From NCBI GenBank assembly GCA_902589175.1, contig CACIRX010000005.1, forward strand, positions 5,708 to 69,707: 64,000 nucleotides of DNA. Reading direction: 5' to 3'. Of the stretch, positions 1 through 11,697 are shown piece after piece (position 1 is the stretch's first letter; every line of letters starts with the position of its first letter). The stretch is from an uncultured Pelagibacteraceae bacterium. GTDB taxonomy: Bacteria > Pseudomonadota > Alphaproteobacteria > Pelagibacterales > AG-422-B15. The notes beneath the pieces are model-generated. The model was not told where the DNA came from. It ran no database searches and worked only from the letters and a program-made list of their open reading frames with translations. The position numbers and the translations under genes are program-made.

Positions 1-2132
1 ATTGAAGAGGGGGAAATTCCTTTGGGTACAGAGGCTCTCTTTGGTTTTTCTTTTTCAACTACATCACCTAGCTGAACGTATGGCCCAAATCTTCCATTCA
101 ATAATTTAATATCCTGTTCTGACTCAGCATCTTTTCCAAGAATTGTATCTTCAAAAGCTTCTTTAATTTTTTTATGAGAAATAGGTCTAGTAAACTTACA
201 ATCGGGATAGTTGGAACAGCCTACAAACGCTCCAAATCGACTTACTTTAAGACTCAGTTCACCTTCACAGTTTTCAGAAGGACAACTTCTTGATATTGCC
301 TTTTCTCCGTTACTTTCTTCTTTTTGCTCAAATATATGTGACTTAAGAATCTCATTTAAATTATCTAATATATTAGTAATTCTCAAATCAGTAACATCAC
401 CCACATTTGTAGAAAAATTTTTCCAAAAATTTTCTAAGAATTCAGTCCATTTTATTTTTCCAGAAGTAATTTCATCAAGTGATTCTTCCATTCCAGCAGT
501 AAACTCATAATCAATGTACTTTGAGAAAAATCCCTTAAGAAACGCTGTTATCAATATTGCTCTATCAACAGGTACAAACCTATTTTTATCAAGTTCAACA
601 TAATTTCTTGTTTTTAGAACAGATATTATACTTGCGTAAGTTGAGGGTCTTCCTATACCCAATTCTTCTAATTTTTTTACTAAACTTGCCTCAGAGTATC
701 TAGGGGGAGGAAGAGTAAAATGCTGTGTTTCTGTTGGTGAAACTGACTCTATCTTCATTCCTGTAGAAATAGCGGGCAATGTAATCTCATCTTCATCTTC
801 CTCGTTTTCATCTTTTTTAATTTGTTCATCACTTTTTACTTTAAACTCACTATAAATATTCAAAAACCCATCAAATTTTACCACAGAACCGTTTGCTCTC
901 AGTTTTAACTCATTTTTTTCAGAGCTGATATCAATAGCTGTTCTTTCAAATACAGCAGAACTCATTTGACTTGCAAGCGCCCTTTTCCATATCAACGAGT
1001 ATAATTTTAAGCTATCTGTATCTAAATATTTTGAAACCTGATCAGGTGTTAATTCAATATCAGTAGGTCGAATTCCCTCGTGAGCTTCCTGAGCGTTTTT
1101 AGCTTTTTTTGATTTGTAAGTTCTTACTTCATTAGGGCAATACCCATTCTCAAAATTTTTTTTCAAATAGTTTCTATACGTTTCAATGGCTTCTTTAGAT
1201 ATATCAGTACTATCAGTACGCATGTAAGTTATTAAACCAACTGTTTCACCATTAATTTCAATACCTTGAAATAATTTTTGTGCAATTTGCATTGTTCGAG
1301 AGGCGCCAAAACCGTAAATACTTGATGCGGTTTGTTGAAGTGTTGAGGTAGAAAAAGGTGGTTCCGGATTCCTCGATGCTGGTTTTTTTGTAATATCTAT
1401 TATTTCAAATTTATTATCCGAGAATAAATTTACAATTTTTTTCGCATCATCTTCAGACTTAAAGCTAAATTTTTCTACTTTTTTGCCTTCCACAGAAAGT
1501 AAATTTGCTTCTATATTAAAACCATCCTCAAATTTTACATTGCCTTTAATTTTCCAATACTCTTCAGGCTCAAAAGACTCAATGGCAAGTTCACGTTCAC
1601 ATATCAATCTTAAGGCAACTGATTGAACTCTTCCTGCTGATTTAGCTCCCGGTAACTTTCTCCATAATACTGGTGACAAATTAAAGCCAAATAGATAATC
1701 CAGTGCTCTTCGAGCTAAATAGGCGTCTACAAGATCAGTGTCAATATCTCTTGGATTTGCAATTCCATTTTTTACTGCATTTTTTGTGATCTCACTAAAG
1801 ACCACTCTCTTGACAGTTTTATCTTTTAATAATTTTTTCTTATTTAATAACTCAACAATATGCCATGCAATTGCTTCACCTTCTCTATCTGGGTCAGTTG
1901 CTAGATAAAGAGTAGATGCATCAGCGCTGGCATCATAAATTTCTTTCATATGTTTCTTTGAAGTTGAAGAAACTTCCCATTCAAAAGCAAAATTATTTTC
2001 TGGATCTACCGAGCCGTTTTTTGATGGCAAATCACGAACATGACCAAAGCTTGCAAGTACATTGAACTCACTTCCTAAGTATTTATTTATTGTTTTAGCC
2101 TTAGCTGGGCTTTCTACTATTACTAAATTCAT
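1..2132 (-). CDS. topA: DNA topoisomerase I (3' end runs off the window)
   Basis: Reverse strand from ATG at 2132 reads MNLVIVESPAKAKTINKYLG..., with ASFGHVRDLP, ATDPDREGEAIAWH, SAGRVQS, ITYMRTDS and GIGRPSTYASII motifs. Missing from the ORF track because there is no stop in the window. Confidence 0.97.
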   Translation of the reverse strand, partial: MNLVIVESPAKAKTINKYLGSEFNVLASFGHVRDLPSKNGSVDPENNFAFEWEVSSTSKKHMKEIYDASADASTLYLATDPDREGEAIAWHIVELLNKKKLLKDKTVKRVVFSEITKNAVKNGIANPRDIDTDLVDAYLARRALDYLFGFNLSPVLWRKLPGAKSAGRVQSVALRLICERELAIESFEPEEYWKIKGNVKFEDGFNIEANLLSVEGKKVEKFSFKSEDDAKKIVNLFSDNKFEIIDITKKPASRNPEPPFSTSTLQQTASSIYGFGASRTMQIAQKLFQGIEINGETVGLITYMRTDSTDISKEAIETYRNYLKKNFENGYCPNEVRTYKSKKAKNAQEAHEGIRPTDIELTPDQVSKYLDTDSLKLYSLIWKRALASQMSSAVFERTAIDISSEKNELKLRANGSVVKFDGFLNIYSEFKVKSDEQIKKDENEEDEDEITLPAISTGMKIESVSPTETQHFTLPPPRYSEASLVKKLEELGIGRPSTYASIISVLKTRNYVELDKNRFVPVDRAILITAFLKGFFSKYIDYEFTAGMEESLDEITSGKIKWTEFLENFWKNFSTNVGDVTDLRITNILDNLNEILKSHIFEQKEESNGEKAISRSCPSENCEGELSLKVSRFGAFVGCSNYPDCKFTRPISHKKIKEAFEDTILGKDAESEQDIKLLNGRFGPYVQLGDVVEKEKPKRASVPKGISPSS

Positions 2133-2219
2133 ATCCTTATAAACGCGCTCTTTAATATATTTTTGCGAGCTTTGTCAAATTTTCACAAAAAATATTTTAT
2201 AATTGGCAGAATATAAGGC

Positions 2220-2801
2220 TTAATACAATTTCTTTTCTTCACGCTTTAATAAGCGATTTATATTTTCATGATGAGAAAAGATCATAATTAGATTTATAAT
2301 TAAACACATAAAAGAAACATTGAAATCAAAATAAAATAATGAAATTAACGAAATTAAATTTGCAGAAAGCAAACTTGCTAGTGACGAATATCTATAAACT
2401 ATAAATATTATAATCCAACTTACTCCAAGAGCTAAAAATAAATAAAAGTTAACTGCAAATATAATTCCCATAAAAGAAGCATATCCTTTACCTCCTTTTA
2501 AATCATCAAGCCATATAGGAAATATATGACCAAATAGAATAAAAGTTCCAGATATAGAAAGTAAATTTTCATTGATTGCCAGAGTAAGGGTTATTGGTAT
2601 TAACGCTTTAAAAAAATCAACTAATAGTGTAATTCCTGCAGCTAAAAAGTTTCCTGTTCTTAAAACGTTAGTAGCCCCAATATTTCCTGAGCCAATACTT
2701 TTAAGCTCCCCTAAATTGAATAACCTTGATACCAAAATACCAGTTGGGATTGATCCTAGAAGGTAGGAAAAGTAAATTATTAAAATTATCTCGAATATCA
2801 T
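2220..2801 (-). CDS. plsY: Glycerol-3-phosphate acyltransferase PlsY
   Basis: YLLGSIP, GSGNIGATNVLR, GHIFP..KGGKG and HHENINRL motifs. Start moved to ATG 2801 (ATGA overlap with the pyrB stop). Confidence 0.95.
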   Translation of the reverse strand: MIFEIILIIYFSYLLGSIPTGILVSRLFNLGELKSIGSGNIGATNVLRTGNFLAAGITLLVDFFKALIPITLTLAINENLLSISGTFILFGHIFPIWLDDLKGGKGYASFMGIIFAVNFYLFLALGVSWIIIFIVYRYSSLASLLSANLISLISLFYFDFNVSFMCLIINLIMIFSHHENINRLLKREEKKLY

Positions 2802-3736
2802 TTTACCATAATTGATAAACAAGCCATCCGAACAGCTACTCCATTTTCAACCTGCTCAGTTATCACTGATTTGTTTACATCATCAGCTAGTTCATTCTCT
2901 ATTTCTACACCTCGATTTATTGGACCAGGGTGAAGCACTAGTACTTCAGGCTTCGCTAATTTTAACTTTTCATAAGTAAGTCCAAAACTTTTAAAATAAT
3001 CGTCTGCTGATGGAAGATTTAAATCTTTTATTCTTTCATTTTGAATTCTAAGCATCATCACTATATCAGCATCTTTTATGCCTTCTTCTAAATTTGTGAA
3101 CGTTTCAACATCATATTTATCTAAATCTTTTGGTTTAAAATAATCAGGAAATACGAATCTAACTTTTGATTTCATTTTATTTAGAAGATAGTAGTTTGAC
3201 CTTGCTACTCGACTATGTTCAAGATCACCACATATTGAAACTGTAATATCATTAAGCTTTCGATTGTGATTCATGATTGTATAAGCATCAAGCAATGCTT
3301 GTGTGGGGTGTTCATTAACACCTTCTCCAGCATTTATAACAGGACATTCTAATATTTTAGCAATTTCTTTTGAGGCATCATTTTCTCCATGTCTGATAAT
3401 TACAAGATCAGGGTTCATTGCTCCTAAAGTTTGAGCGGTATCAAATAAACTTTCACCTTTTCTTAATGAAGATCCTTCAATATTCATATTAATTACATCA
3501 GCGCCTAATCTTTTAGCGGCTATTTCAAAAGAGATTAGTGTTCTTGTAGAGGGTTCAAAAAAAAGATTTATAATTGTTCTACCTTTTAAGATCGGTATTT
3601 TTTTATCCTTTTCCTTGTTGTGCTCTTTAAAAATTTTACTGAGTTCTAAAATATTATTTATATCTTCAATGCTGAGATTTTTTATGCCATGCAGATGGGT
3701 TTGAGAGATTTTAGGGATTTTAATGTTTTCAAGCAT
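2798..3736 (-). CDS. pyrB: Aspartate carbamoyltransferase catalytic subunit
   Basis: FFEPSTRT, EHPTQALLD, MLRIQNER and HPGPINRGVEI motifs. Confidence 0.97.
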   Translation of the reverse strand: MLENIKIPKISQTHLHGIKNLSIEDINNILELSKIFKEHNKEKDKKIPILKGRTIINLFFEPSTRTLISFEIAAKRLGADVINMNIEGSSLRKGESLFDTAQTLGAMNPDLVIIRHGENDASKEIAKILECPVINAGEGVNEHPTQALLDAYTIMNHNRKLNDITVSICGDLEHSRVARSNYYLLNKMKSKVRFVFPDYFKPKDLDKYDVETFTNLEEGIKDADIVMMLRIQNERIKDLNLPSADDYFKSFGLTYEKLKLAKPEVLVLHPGPINRGVEIENELADDVNKSVITEQVENGVAVRMACLSIMVK

Positions 3737-4227
3737 TAATTCATTCTTTTAATATAATTTAATGCACCTTCCAAGATAAATGCTGAAGCAAGACTATCAA
3801 TTTCTTTTTTTTTATTATGGGCTTTTTTTCTGCTTTTAGAATTATCTATATATAACCTGTCCACAGCAACAGTAGAAAGTCTTTCATCCCAAAAAGAATA
3901 GGGAATATTCAAAGACAAATTTATAGCTCTTGATTTGTCACGGATTGATTGAGCACTTTTTCCCTCACTTCCATCCATATTTAATGGCAGTCCAATGATG
4001 AGGGCTTTAACGTCGTGAAGTTTAACTAGCTCATTTAATTCTTTCAGAAAGCCTTTCATGTTTGAATATTTAATAGTTCTTAATGGTAGAGCCCCTGTCA
4101 TATCCGATGTAGAAATTGCAACTCCAATTCTTTTACTGCCAATATCCAATCCTAGAATTTTATGATTACTTTCCACTAATGACTTAAATTCTGCAATATC
4201 TACTTCTTTTTTTGTTTCATTAGTCAT
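3736..4227 (-). CDS. ruvX: Holliday-junction resolvase-like / pre-16S rRNA nuclease YqgF (RuvX)
   Basis: LGLDIGSKRIGVA, GLPLNMDGSEG, DERLST and DSLASAFIL motifs. Start may be 4227 or 4245. Confidence 0.93.
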   Translation of the reverse strand: MTNETKKEVDIAEFKSLVESNHKILGLDIGSKRIGVAISTSDMTGALPLRTIKYSNMKGFLKELNELVKLHDVKALIIGLPLNMDGSEGKSAQSIRDKSRAINLSLNIPYSFWDERLSTVAVDRLYIDNSKSRKKAHNKKKEIDSLASAFILEGALNYIKRMN

Positions 4228-4276
4228 TTTTTGACTGTATATCATACATTAATTTAAGTTAGTACCTCATATAAAT

Positions 4277-4564
4277 ATGGAATTTGATAAGAAAAGTCTT
4301 TTAAAGCTTGGAAAGTTAGCAAGAATTTCAATCAGTGACGATAAACTTAATAATCTTAGTAAGGATCTTAATTCAATCTTAGAATTTGTTGATCAGTTAA
4401 AAGAAATTAAAACTGATCAAGTTGATCCGACATCTAATTCCCTTAATCAAAAATTAGAAGTTAGAGATGATAAAGTTGATACTAAGAATGGTGCTGAAGA
4501 TATATTAGAAAATGCACCTGAAAAAGAAATGGACTTTTTTGTTGTCCCAAAAGTGATCGAATAA
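4277..4564 (+). CDS. gatC: Asp/Glu-tRNA amidotransferase subunit C
   Basis: KLARI...ILEFVDQL...[13 protein letters not shown]; lies upstream of gatA. Confidence 0.95.
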   Translation: MEFDKKSLLKLGKLARISISDDKLNNLSKDLNSILEFVDQLKEIKTDQVDPTSNSLNQKLEVRDDKVDTKNGAEDILENAPEKEMDFFVVPKVIE

Positions 4565-6039
4565 TGAAAGATAGTTATACATTAAAATCGCTGGCAGTTC
4601 TTTTGGAAAATAATAAAATATCATCGAAAGAGTTAACTTCAGAGTATTTAAAAAATATTGAAAATGGTAAAGAGTTAAATTGCTATAATACTATATCACA
4701 AGAGAAAGCTCTTATTGATGCTGAAAAGTCTGACCAAAGAAGAAAAAGTCAAAATCTCAGAAGTAAGTACGACGGAATTCCAATTGGAATAAAAGATTTA
4801 TTTTGTACGAAGGGTGTGACTACTACTGCATCAAGTAAAATTTTATCAAACTTTGTTCCAAATTATGAGTCTACAGTAACTCAAAATTGTGATGATGCAG
4901 GCTTGATTAGTTTAGGCAAATTAAATTGTGATGAATTTGCAATGGGTTCAACTAATAAAACTAGTTTTTTTGGTTCGGTTAAGAATCCGTGGAAATCTGT
5001 AAATTCTGATAATGAGCTTGTTCCAGGAGGATCATCTGGAGGGTCAGCAGCAGCAGTTTCAGGTGATCTTTGTGTAGCTTCTCTTGGAACGGATACTGGA
5101 GGCTCAATTAGACAGCCAGCTTCTTTTACAGGTACTGTTGGTTTGAAACCTTCATATGGAAGAGTATCCAGATGGGGAATAGTTGCATTTGCATCTTCAT
5201 TAGATCAAGCGGGACCAATTACAAAAACCGTTGAAGACGCTGCAATCTTATTAGACATTATATCGGGTCATGATGAAAAGGACTCAACATCTTCGGTTAA
5301 TCCAAAAGAAAATTATTATGAAAATTTAAATTCAGACATAAAAGGGATGAAGATTGGAATACCAAAGGAATTTAGAAGTGACAAGCTTCCAGCTAGTACT
5401 CAAAAAAGCTGGGATGAGTGTGCAAATTTACTAAAAACTAATGGAGCAGAAATAGTAGATATTAGTTTACCTCATACAATGAGCGCTTTGCCCGCTTACT
5501 ATATTATCGCACCTGCAGAAGCTTCATCAAATTTAGCTCGCTATGATGGAGTAAGATATGGACTAAGAGTCAAAGGAAATGATCTCATTGATATGTATGA
5601 AAAAACGAGATCAGAGGGATTTGGTGATGAAGTAAAGAGAAGAATATTAATTGGCACATATGTGCTATCATCTGGATATTATGATGCTTATTATATTAAG
5701 GCACAAAAGATTAGATCATTAATAAAAAGTGACTACGTTGAAGCCTTTAAAAAAGTTGATGCGATTCTCACTCCTTCAACACCTTCAACGGCTTTTGAAA
5801 TTGCAAATGAGCCTTCTGATCCAGTACAAAACTATCTAAATGACATTTTTACTGTTCCTGTAAATCTAGCGGGTTTACCAGGAATATCTATTCCATATGC
5901 AAATGATGAGAATAATTTACCAATTGGCTTACAACTGATAACAAATTCATTCGAAGAACAAAAATTACTCAATGTTGCTAGAAATATTGAAGAAACTATA
6001 AATTATTCAGAAACTCCAGAAAAATGGTGGCTCAAATGA
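4564..6039 (+). CDS. gatA: Asp/Glu-tRNA amidotransferase subunit A
   Basis: Amidase signature [23 protein letters not shown] and SSNLARYDG. Confidence 0.98.
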   Translation: MKDSYTLKSLAVLLENNKISSKELTSEYLKNIENGKELNCYNTISQEKALIDAEKSDQRRKSQNLRSKYDGIPIGIKDLFCTKGVTTTASSKILSNFVPNYESTVTQNCDDAGLISLGKLNCDEFAMGSTNKTSFFGSVKNPWKSVNSDNELVPGGSSGGSAAAVSGDLCVASLGTDTGGSIRQPASFTGTVGLKPSYGRVSRWGIVAFASSLDQAGPITKTVEDAAILLDIISGHDEKDSTSSVNPKENYYENLNSDIKGMKIGIPKEFRSDKLPASTQKSWDECANLLKTNGAEIVDISLPHTMSALPAYYIIAPAEASSNLARYDGVRYGLRVKGNDLIDMYEKTRSEGFGDEVKRRILIGTYVLSSGYYDAYYIKAQKIRSLIKSDYVEAFKKVDAILTPSTPSTAFEIANEPSDPVQNYLNDIFTVPVNLAGLPGISIPYANDENNLPIGLQLITNSFEEQKLLNVARNIEETINYSETPEKWWLK

Positions 6040-7466
6040 TAGAGGGTTGGAATTTAGTTATTGGAATAGAGATTCATGCTCAAGTTAATTCAAAATCTAA
6101 ATTATTTTCATCATCACCAACCGATTTTGGATCTAAACCCAATAGTCAAGTAAGTTTAATTGATGCAGCAATGCCAGGTATGCTGCCTGTAATTAATAAA
6201 TTTTGTATTGAGCAAGCCGTTAAGTCAGGGATTGGATTAAATGCAAAAATAAATAAAATATCTATTTTTGATCGTAAGAATTATTTTTATCAAGACCTAC
6301 CACAAGGCTACCAGATATCTCAGTATAAGGACCCAATAGTGGGAGAAGGATTTGTTGAAATAGAAACTGAAAACGGTCAAAAGAAAATAGGAGTTGAGAG
6401 ACTTCATTTAGAACAAGATGCAGGTAAAAGTTTGCATGACCAGGATCCAAACTTCACTTTTGTTGACTTGAATCGTTCAGGAATTGCTCTAATGGAAATT
6501 GTATCTAAACCAGATATGAGCTCACCAGAGGAGGCTGTTGAATATGTTCGAAAAGTTAGAAGTATTCTAAGATATCTTGGTACATGTGACGGAAATATGG
6601 AACAAGGATCTCTTAGAGCCGATGTAAATGTTTCTGTAAACAAGCCTGGAAATGAATTAGGTACAAGGTGCGAAATCAAAAACTTAAACTCATTTAAATT
6701 TATTCATGCAGCTATTGTTTATGAAGCAAAAAGACAAATAAAACTTATTGAGCAAGGAGAAAGTGTTAATCAAGAAACAAGATTATTTAATACGCAGTCT
6801 GGTGAAACGAGATCAATGAGGTCAAAAGAAGATGCTCATGATTATCGATATTTTCCTGATCCAGACCTTTTGCCACTCACTTTGGATGATGACTGGATTA
6901 AAGGTTTACAAGAATCAATACCAGAATTGCCAGATCAAATAAAAGAGAGATTTATTAATGAATATTCTCTTAGTTCTTATGATGCAAATATAATTGTTTC
7001 AGACAAAGCAACAAGTGAATATTTCGAAGACGTTGTAAAGAACAGGAATCCAAAACTTGTAACAACATGGGTTACTGGAGAATTATTTTCAATACTAAAT
7101 AAAAAAAATCTGATTATTGAGGATAGTCCCATTACTTCAAAACAACTTGGTGAACTGGTTGATAACATCGAAAATGGTAAGATTTCAAACCGTCAAGCAA
7201 AGGAAGTATTGGAGGAAATGTGTGAAAGTGGCAAAGGTGCGTTAGAGATCATTGATGAAAAAGGTTTATCTCAAATTAGTGATGAAAATGAAATAGAAAG
7301 CCTAGTTGATAATGTATTAAATTCAAATCCAGAAAACGTTAAAAAATATAAAAATGGAAAAGATAAACTTTTTGGTTTTTTTGTTGGTGAGGCCATGAAA
7401 CTTTCTAAAGGTAAAGCTAATCCAAAAATAGTTAATGACCTCATCAAGAAAAAGTTATCACAATAA
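6036..7466 (+). CDS. gatB: Asp/Glu-tRNA amidotransferase subunit B
   Basis: [28 protein letters not shown] and [10 protein letters not shown] motifs. Start placed at ATG 6036 (ATGA overlap with gatA). Confidence 0.98.
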   Translation: MIEGWNLVIGIEIHAQVNSKSKLFSSSPTDFGSKPNSQVSLIDAAMPGMLPVINKFCIEQAVKSGIGLNAKINKISIFDRKNYFYQDLPQGYQISQYKDPIVGEGFVEIETENGQKKIGVERLHLEQDAGKSLHDQDPNFTFVDLNRSGIALMEIVSKPDMSSPEEAVEYVRKVRSILRYLGTCDGNMEQGSLRADVNVSVNKPGNELGTRCEIKNLNSFKFIHAAIVYEAKRQIKLIEQGESVNQETRLFNTQSGETRSMRSKEDAHDYRYFPDPDLLPLTLDDDWIKGLQESIPELPDQIKERFINEYSLSSYDANIIVSDKATSEYFEDVVKNRNPKLVTTWVTGELFSILNKKNLIIEDSPITSKQLGELVDNIENGKISNRQAKEVLEEMCESGKGALEIIDEKGLSQISDENEIESLVDNVLNSNPENVKKYKNGKDKLFGFFVGEAMKLSKGKANPKIVNDLIKKKLSQ

Positions 7467-7514
7467 AGTAATTTCTTTTAATCAATAAAAATTTGATATA
7501 TTAAAACAATGTGT

Positions 7515-7608
7515 GGAGAGATGGGTGAGTGGTTGAAACCGGCTCCCTGCTAAGGAGTTGTGCGGGCTTATACCCGTACCGAGGGTTCGAATCCCTCTCT
7601 CTCCGCCA
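7515..7608 (+). tRNA. tRNA-Ser (anticodon GCT)
   Basis: GGAGAGA...TCTCTCC-G-CCA acceptor, anticodon loop CT-GCT-AA, long variable arm, GGTTCGAATCC T-loop. Confidence 0.97.
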
Positions 7609-7619
7609 CACTATTTTTA

Positions 7620-9734
7620 TTACGATTCTTTTTTCTTACTTGGTTTAATTAAGGTTTTTCCACCAACATAAGCACGATTAAGATTATTCGATAAAGTGTA
7701 CTCAATTGGTTTCAATCCATTCTCAATAAATTCATATACTTGAATATTTTCCATTACTCTTTGAACATAGTTTCTTGTTTCTTTGAAAGGTATCAACTCT
7801 ATCCAATTTTCACTTGTAATATCATCTTTTCTTGGGTCTCCATATTTTTTTATCCATCTTGAAACTCGTGACTCACCCGCATTATAAGCTGCAAGAGACA
7901 AAATGTATGAGCCATTGTAGTTTGAGAGTAATTTATCTAAATAAGCACTTCCTAAAATTACATTATACTTTGGATCTTCAGTTAATTTACTCTTTGTATA
8001 TTCAAGCTTTAAACCCTTTGAGACCCTTTTTGCAGTATACGGCATAAGTTGCATTAATCCTTTAGCTCCTGCATAACTTCCAGCTTTAGGATCAAACTGA
8101 CTCTCTTGTCTTGTTACAGAATGTATTAGACTTTGTTCTGGAAAAATAATTTTTTCAAATTCAGGTCGTTCAATTTGAGGAAAGCTTAGAGGGTCAAGAA
8201 TTGTGTGGTTATAATATAAAATTTTACCTGCTTGAACTGCAAAATCATGTCTGCCTATGTCATTTGCAGTTTTGACAGAATTTACAGAAGTACTAAGATT
8301 GTTACGATCAGCAAGATCCCATATAAATTTTTTAACCAATTTAGGTCTATCAAATTCATTTAATAAAGAGATTGATAAATAAACTGGTCGATTTTCTTTA
8401 TAATCAGTGTTGTTAGCATCGGAATACTCTACAAGCAATGGATTAAATAATTTCTTTTCCGATAATTTGCTCGCCGCGAGCTGACCATAAAAAGTAAGAC
8501 TGTACAAAGAAGCTTTTTCATACCAGCGTTGCGACTCTGCAGAACTACCAACTTCCTCTAATGCATTTCCCATCCAATAGGCGGCTCTTGCTTTTGAGAT
8601 TGGTCTTGATGAAACATTCCAAATTTCTTGAAAATGAAGATAGGCTGATTCTGGATTAGATAAAAAAGTAAGAGCTATCCAACCAGCTAACCACTCAGCC
8701 TCAGCAATATCTTTACTTTCACTCAAACCGTGATTTATTGCAAGCGTGTATGCAGTTTCATATTCATGACGGTCAATTAAACGCCTAATAAGAAAACTTT
8801 TTTTATCCCAAAATTTGTCTGGGCGAACTAACTCACTTGAATTTGATTTATTGATATCTAACAATAATACTAGTGCACTATCATACTTTCTTTTTTTAAT
8901 TCGCCAATTGATTCGATCATAAACAAGCCCAGGATCATTTTTCAATTTATCTGGAACCAGCTTTATTAAATTATCTACACCTCCCGCAAATGAAATTAAT
9001 CCTATCCTGGCTTCAAATAGTTTTTGATAATCTTTATCAACATATTTTACTAATCTGGCTGCAGTCCTATATTTTCCGTCCCATAGTAATTTATTTATTC
9101 TTCTCAGATGATGATCTTTATTTAAAATACTTTTATAAGTTTTTATGATTTGAGATTGTTCTTTTCTAGTAAAGCTGCCACCGATATAGCCATCAATGAT
9201 AAGTCTCTTTCCTTCTTCAGATTTGCCACTGTTTAGAAGTGCATTACCTAGATATATTCGACCCCAGCCTGTTTCTGGAGGATTATCGCTAAAGTAATCT
9301 ATTAAATCTTCATAATTATCTCTAAATGTAATTTTTGATTCAGCTTTGAGTTTTATTTTTTCTATTTCAGGCCATTTTGAATTTTTCTTGATATATGTTT
9401 TGTAATCAGAAAATGTTAAATTACCTGCACCATTATAATATTTAAGCCAGTTTAGAGTTTCTTTTGCTGTTTCATTATTAATATTACTGCTTATTCCAGT
9501 TACTCGATCCCATTTATATTCATCCGCTTTGTCGAGCGCTAACTCAAATAACTCATAGTCTTTATTGCTCAACAATTGAGAGAGTGCAGGCTGAACCGGT
9601 TTTTTTATTGGGATCGAGAACCCAGGTCCTGGCAATTCAATGTATAGACTTCTCTTTACAGGCGTTATTTCTCCAAAAGAAGATATTCCTGAAATAAAAA
9701 ATAGACTTACTGCAAAAATGATTAATTTTTTCAC
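7620..9734 (-). CDS. slt: Soluble lytic murein transglycosylase (Slt70-like)
   Basis: Signal peptide; C-terminal SLT domain with RQESQF, AKGLMQLMP, AAYNAG and IPFKETRNYVQRV; divergent from dapA as is usual in alphaproteobacteria. Confidence 0.92.
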   Translation of the reverse strand: MKKLIIFAVSLFFISGISSFGEITPVKRSLYIELPGPGFSIPIKKPVQPALSQLLSNKDYELFELALDKADEYKWDRVTGISSNINNETAKETLNWLKYYNGAGNLTFSDYKTYIKKNSKWPEIEKIKLKAESKITFRDNYEDLIDYFSDNPPETGWGRIYLGNALLNSGKSEEGKRLIIDGYIGGSFTRKEQSQIIKTYKSILNKDHHLRRINKLLWDGKYRTAARLVKYVDKDYQKLFEARIGLISFAGGVDNLIKLVPDKLKNDPGLVYDRINWRIKKRKYDSALVLLLDINKSNSSELVRPDKFWDKKSFLIRRLIDRHEYETAYTLAINHGLSESKDIAEAEWLAGWIALTFLSNPESAYLHFQEIWNVSSRPISKARAAYWMGNALEEVGSSAESQRWYEKASLYSLTFYGQLAASKLSEKKLFNPLLVEYSDANNTDYKENRPVYLSISLLNEFDRPKLVKKFIWDLADRNNLSTSVNSVKTANDIGRHDFAVQAGKILYYNHTILDPLSFPQIERPEFEKIIFPEQSLIHSVTRQESQFDPKAGSYAGAKGLMQLMPYTAKRVSKGLKLEYTKSKLTEDPKYNVILGSAYLDKLLSNYNGSYILSLAAYNAGESRVSRWIKKYGDPRKDDITSENWIELIPFKETRNYVQRVMENIQVYEFIENGLKPIEYTLSNNLNRAYVGGKTLIKPSKKKES

Positions 9735-9814
9735 GAAATAGTTATTTGTTTGATTTACACAAGTATATTTATGATTAAGGTTTTTTTAAATAATTAAAAG
9801 TGCTATTGTAAACA

Positions 9815-10687
9815 ATGTTTAGAGGATCTCATACAGCATTAATTACGCCTTTTGATGGCAAATCTATTGATGAAAAATCATTTAGGTCTCTGATAGATTT
9901 TCAAATATCAGAAGGTATACATGGATTGGTTCCTGTAGGTACAACAGGCGAGTCACCAACTTTAAGCCATGAAGAACACAAGTTAGCAGTTGAGATATGT
10001 GTTGAAGAAACAGCAAAACGTGTACCAGTAATAGCAGGAACAGGGTCAAATAATACTGACGAAGCAATCGATCTCACAATGCACGCTGAAAAAGCAGGTG
10101 CTGATGGAGCTTTAGTGGTTACACCATATTATAATAAACCTACACAACATGGTTTATACTCACACTTTGAGGCAATTAGTAAGTCAACTACACTTCCAAT
10201 TATTATTTACAATATTCCTGGCAGATCAATTGTTGATATGAATACAAAAACAATGAGGGATTTGTTTAAAATTAAAAACATTGTTGGAGTAAAGGATGCT
10301 ACTTCAGATATACCAAGAGTTTATGAAACGAAAACAACAATAGGAGAAGATTTTAACCAGTTAACAGGAGATGATGCAACTACGTTAGCTTTTATGATTT
10401 ACGGTGGTCACGGATCTATCTCAGTGACGTCTAATATCGCCCCAAAATTATGTTCTGAATTTATGAAATATTGTTTAGATCACAATTTTGCTAAAGCTTC
10501 TGAGATAAATGACAAACTAATGCCGTTGCATCATGCTTTATTTGTTGAGTCCAGTCCTGCCCCAGTAAAATATGCAGCTTCTAAGCTTGGTTTATGCAAA
10601 GATGACATAAGACTGCCGCTCACAAGTATATCAGATGAAACTAAGCAATTAGTTGATAAAGCTATGAAGCACGCATCATTAATTTAG
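9815..10687 (+). CDS. dapA: 4-hydroxy-tetrahydrodipicolinate synthase
   Basis: [23 protein letters not shown] and GVKDA motifs. Confidence 0.97.
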   Translation: MFRGSHTALITPFDGKSIDEKSFRSLIDFQISEGIHGLVPVGTTGESPTLSHEEHKLAVEICVEETAKRVPVIAGTGSNNTDEAIDLTMHAEKAGADGALVVTPYYNKPTQHGLYSHFEAISKSTTLPIIIYNIPGRSIVDMNTKTMRDLFKIKNIVGVKDATSDIPRVYETKTTIGEDFNQLTGDDATTLAFMIYGGHGSISVTSNIAPKLCSEFMKYCLDHNFAKASEINDKLMPLHHALFVESSPAPVKYAASKLGLCKDDIRLPLTSISDETKQLVDKAMKHASLI

Positions 10688-10689
10688 CC

Positions 10690-11127
10690 TTGCAAATAGC
10701 AGTTCAAAACAGAAAAGCAAAGTATAATTATACATTTGTTGAATTATTTGAGGCAGGAATTGAACTACAAGGTAGTGAAATAAAATCGCTTCGAAATGGA
10801 AGAGTTGAGATAGCCGAGTCATATGCAAGGGAAGATAATAGTGAAATATTTTTAATAAACTCACATTTCTCGAAATATTCTAATGCTTCATATCTAAATC
10901 ATGTTGAAAACCGTCCACGAAAATTACTTTTGCATAAAAAAGAAATCAGAAAGATCATTGGAAAATTAAATAAAGAATCACTTACTTTGATCCCAACAAA
11001 AATATACTTTAATAAAAAAGGTAAGGCAAAGTTGGAAATTGCTCTTGCTAAAGGAAAAAAACTACATGATAAAAGAGATGCTAAAAAAAGAAAAGATTGG
11101 GTTAGGGAGAAAAAAAAGTTCGGATGA
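10690..11127 (+). CDS. smpB: SsrA-binding protein
   Basis: [28 protein letters not shown] and [10 protein letters not shown] motifs; TTG start. Confidence 0.96.
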   Translation: MQIAVQNRKAKYNYTFVELFEAGIELQGSEIKSLRNGRVEIAESYAREDNSEIFLINSHFSKYSNASYLNHVENRPRKLLLHKKEIRKIIGKLNKESLTLIPTKIYFNKKGKAKLEIALAKGKKLHDKRDAKKRKDWVREKKKFG

Positions 11128-11642
11128 TTTACGCTCTGGGAATTGGTTCAAATTCTAACTCAAGATTTGGTAATAAATTAAATACACTTAAATTTGTTTT
11201 AAAAGAGTTGGAGCGTAACAATATCAAAGTAATAAAAAAGTCCAAATTATATTCATCTCCGCCTAAAAATTTTAAAACTGCTGCCGAAACCTTTTTAAAC
11301 GCTGCTTTAGTTGTTGAAACAAAATTAAAACCCAAAAATTTACTTATAATTTTAAAAAAAATTGAGAGAATTACTGGAAGATACGCCTACCGTAAGAATA
11401 CTTCTCGAACATGTGATTTGGATATTCTTTTGCTCAGTAAGTCCAGCAAAATACTCATTAATGAGAACAAAAATTCTATTGAAATACCGCATCCAAGACT
11501 TCATGAGAGAAATTTTGTATTAAGGCCTTTAATGGACATTTGTCCTGGATGGCTCCACTCTGAAAAAAAATCGTCAATTATGAGGCTTCATAAAAGCTTG
11601 CATATTGAAGATAAATTATACAAAGTCACTAATACCTTATAA
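11124..11642 (+). CDS. folK: 2-amino-4-hydroxy-6-hydroxymethyldihydropteridine pyrophosphokinase
   Basis: [18 protein letters not shown] and [15 protein letters not shown] motifs. Confidence 0.93.
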   Translation: MIYALGIGSNSNSRFGNKLNTLKFVLKELERNNIKVIKKSKLYSSPPKNFKTAAETFLNAALVVETKLKPKNLLIILKKIERITGRYAYRKNTSRTCDLDILLLSKSSKILINENKNSIEIPHPRLHERNFVLRPLMDICPGWLHSEKKSSIMRLHKSLHIEDKLYKVTNTL

Positions 11643-11697
11643 ATACTCATTTATTTTGGGCTTCACTTCGTAAATAATGTATGATTAATAGTGCATT

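Noticed and set aside
211-510. Plus-strand 99-aa ORF and the many other short ORFs (60-136 aa) antisense to or nested in long genes
   Set aside because: They lie entirely within well-supported genes (here topA), have no motifs, and are typical shadow ORFs.
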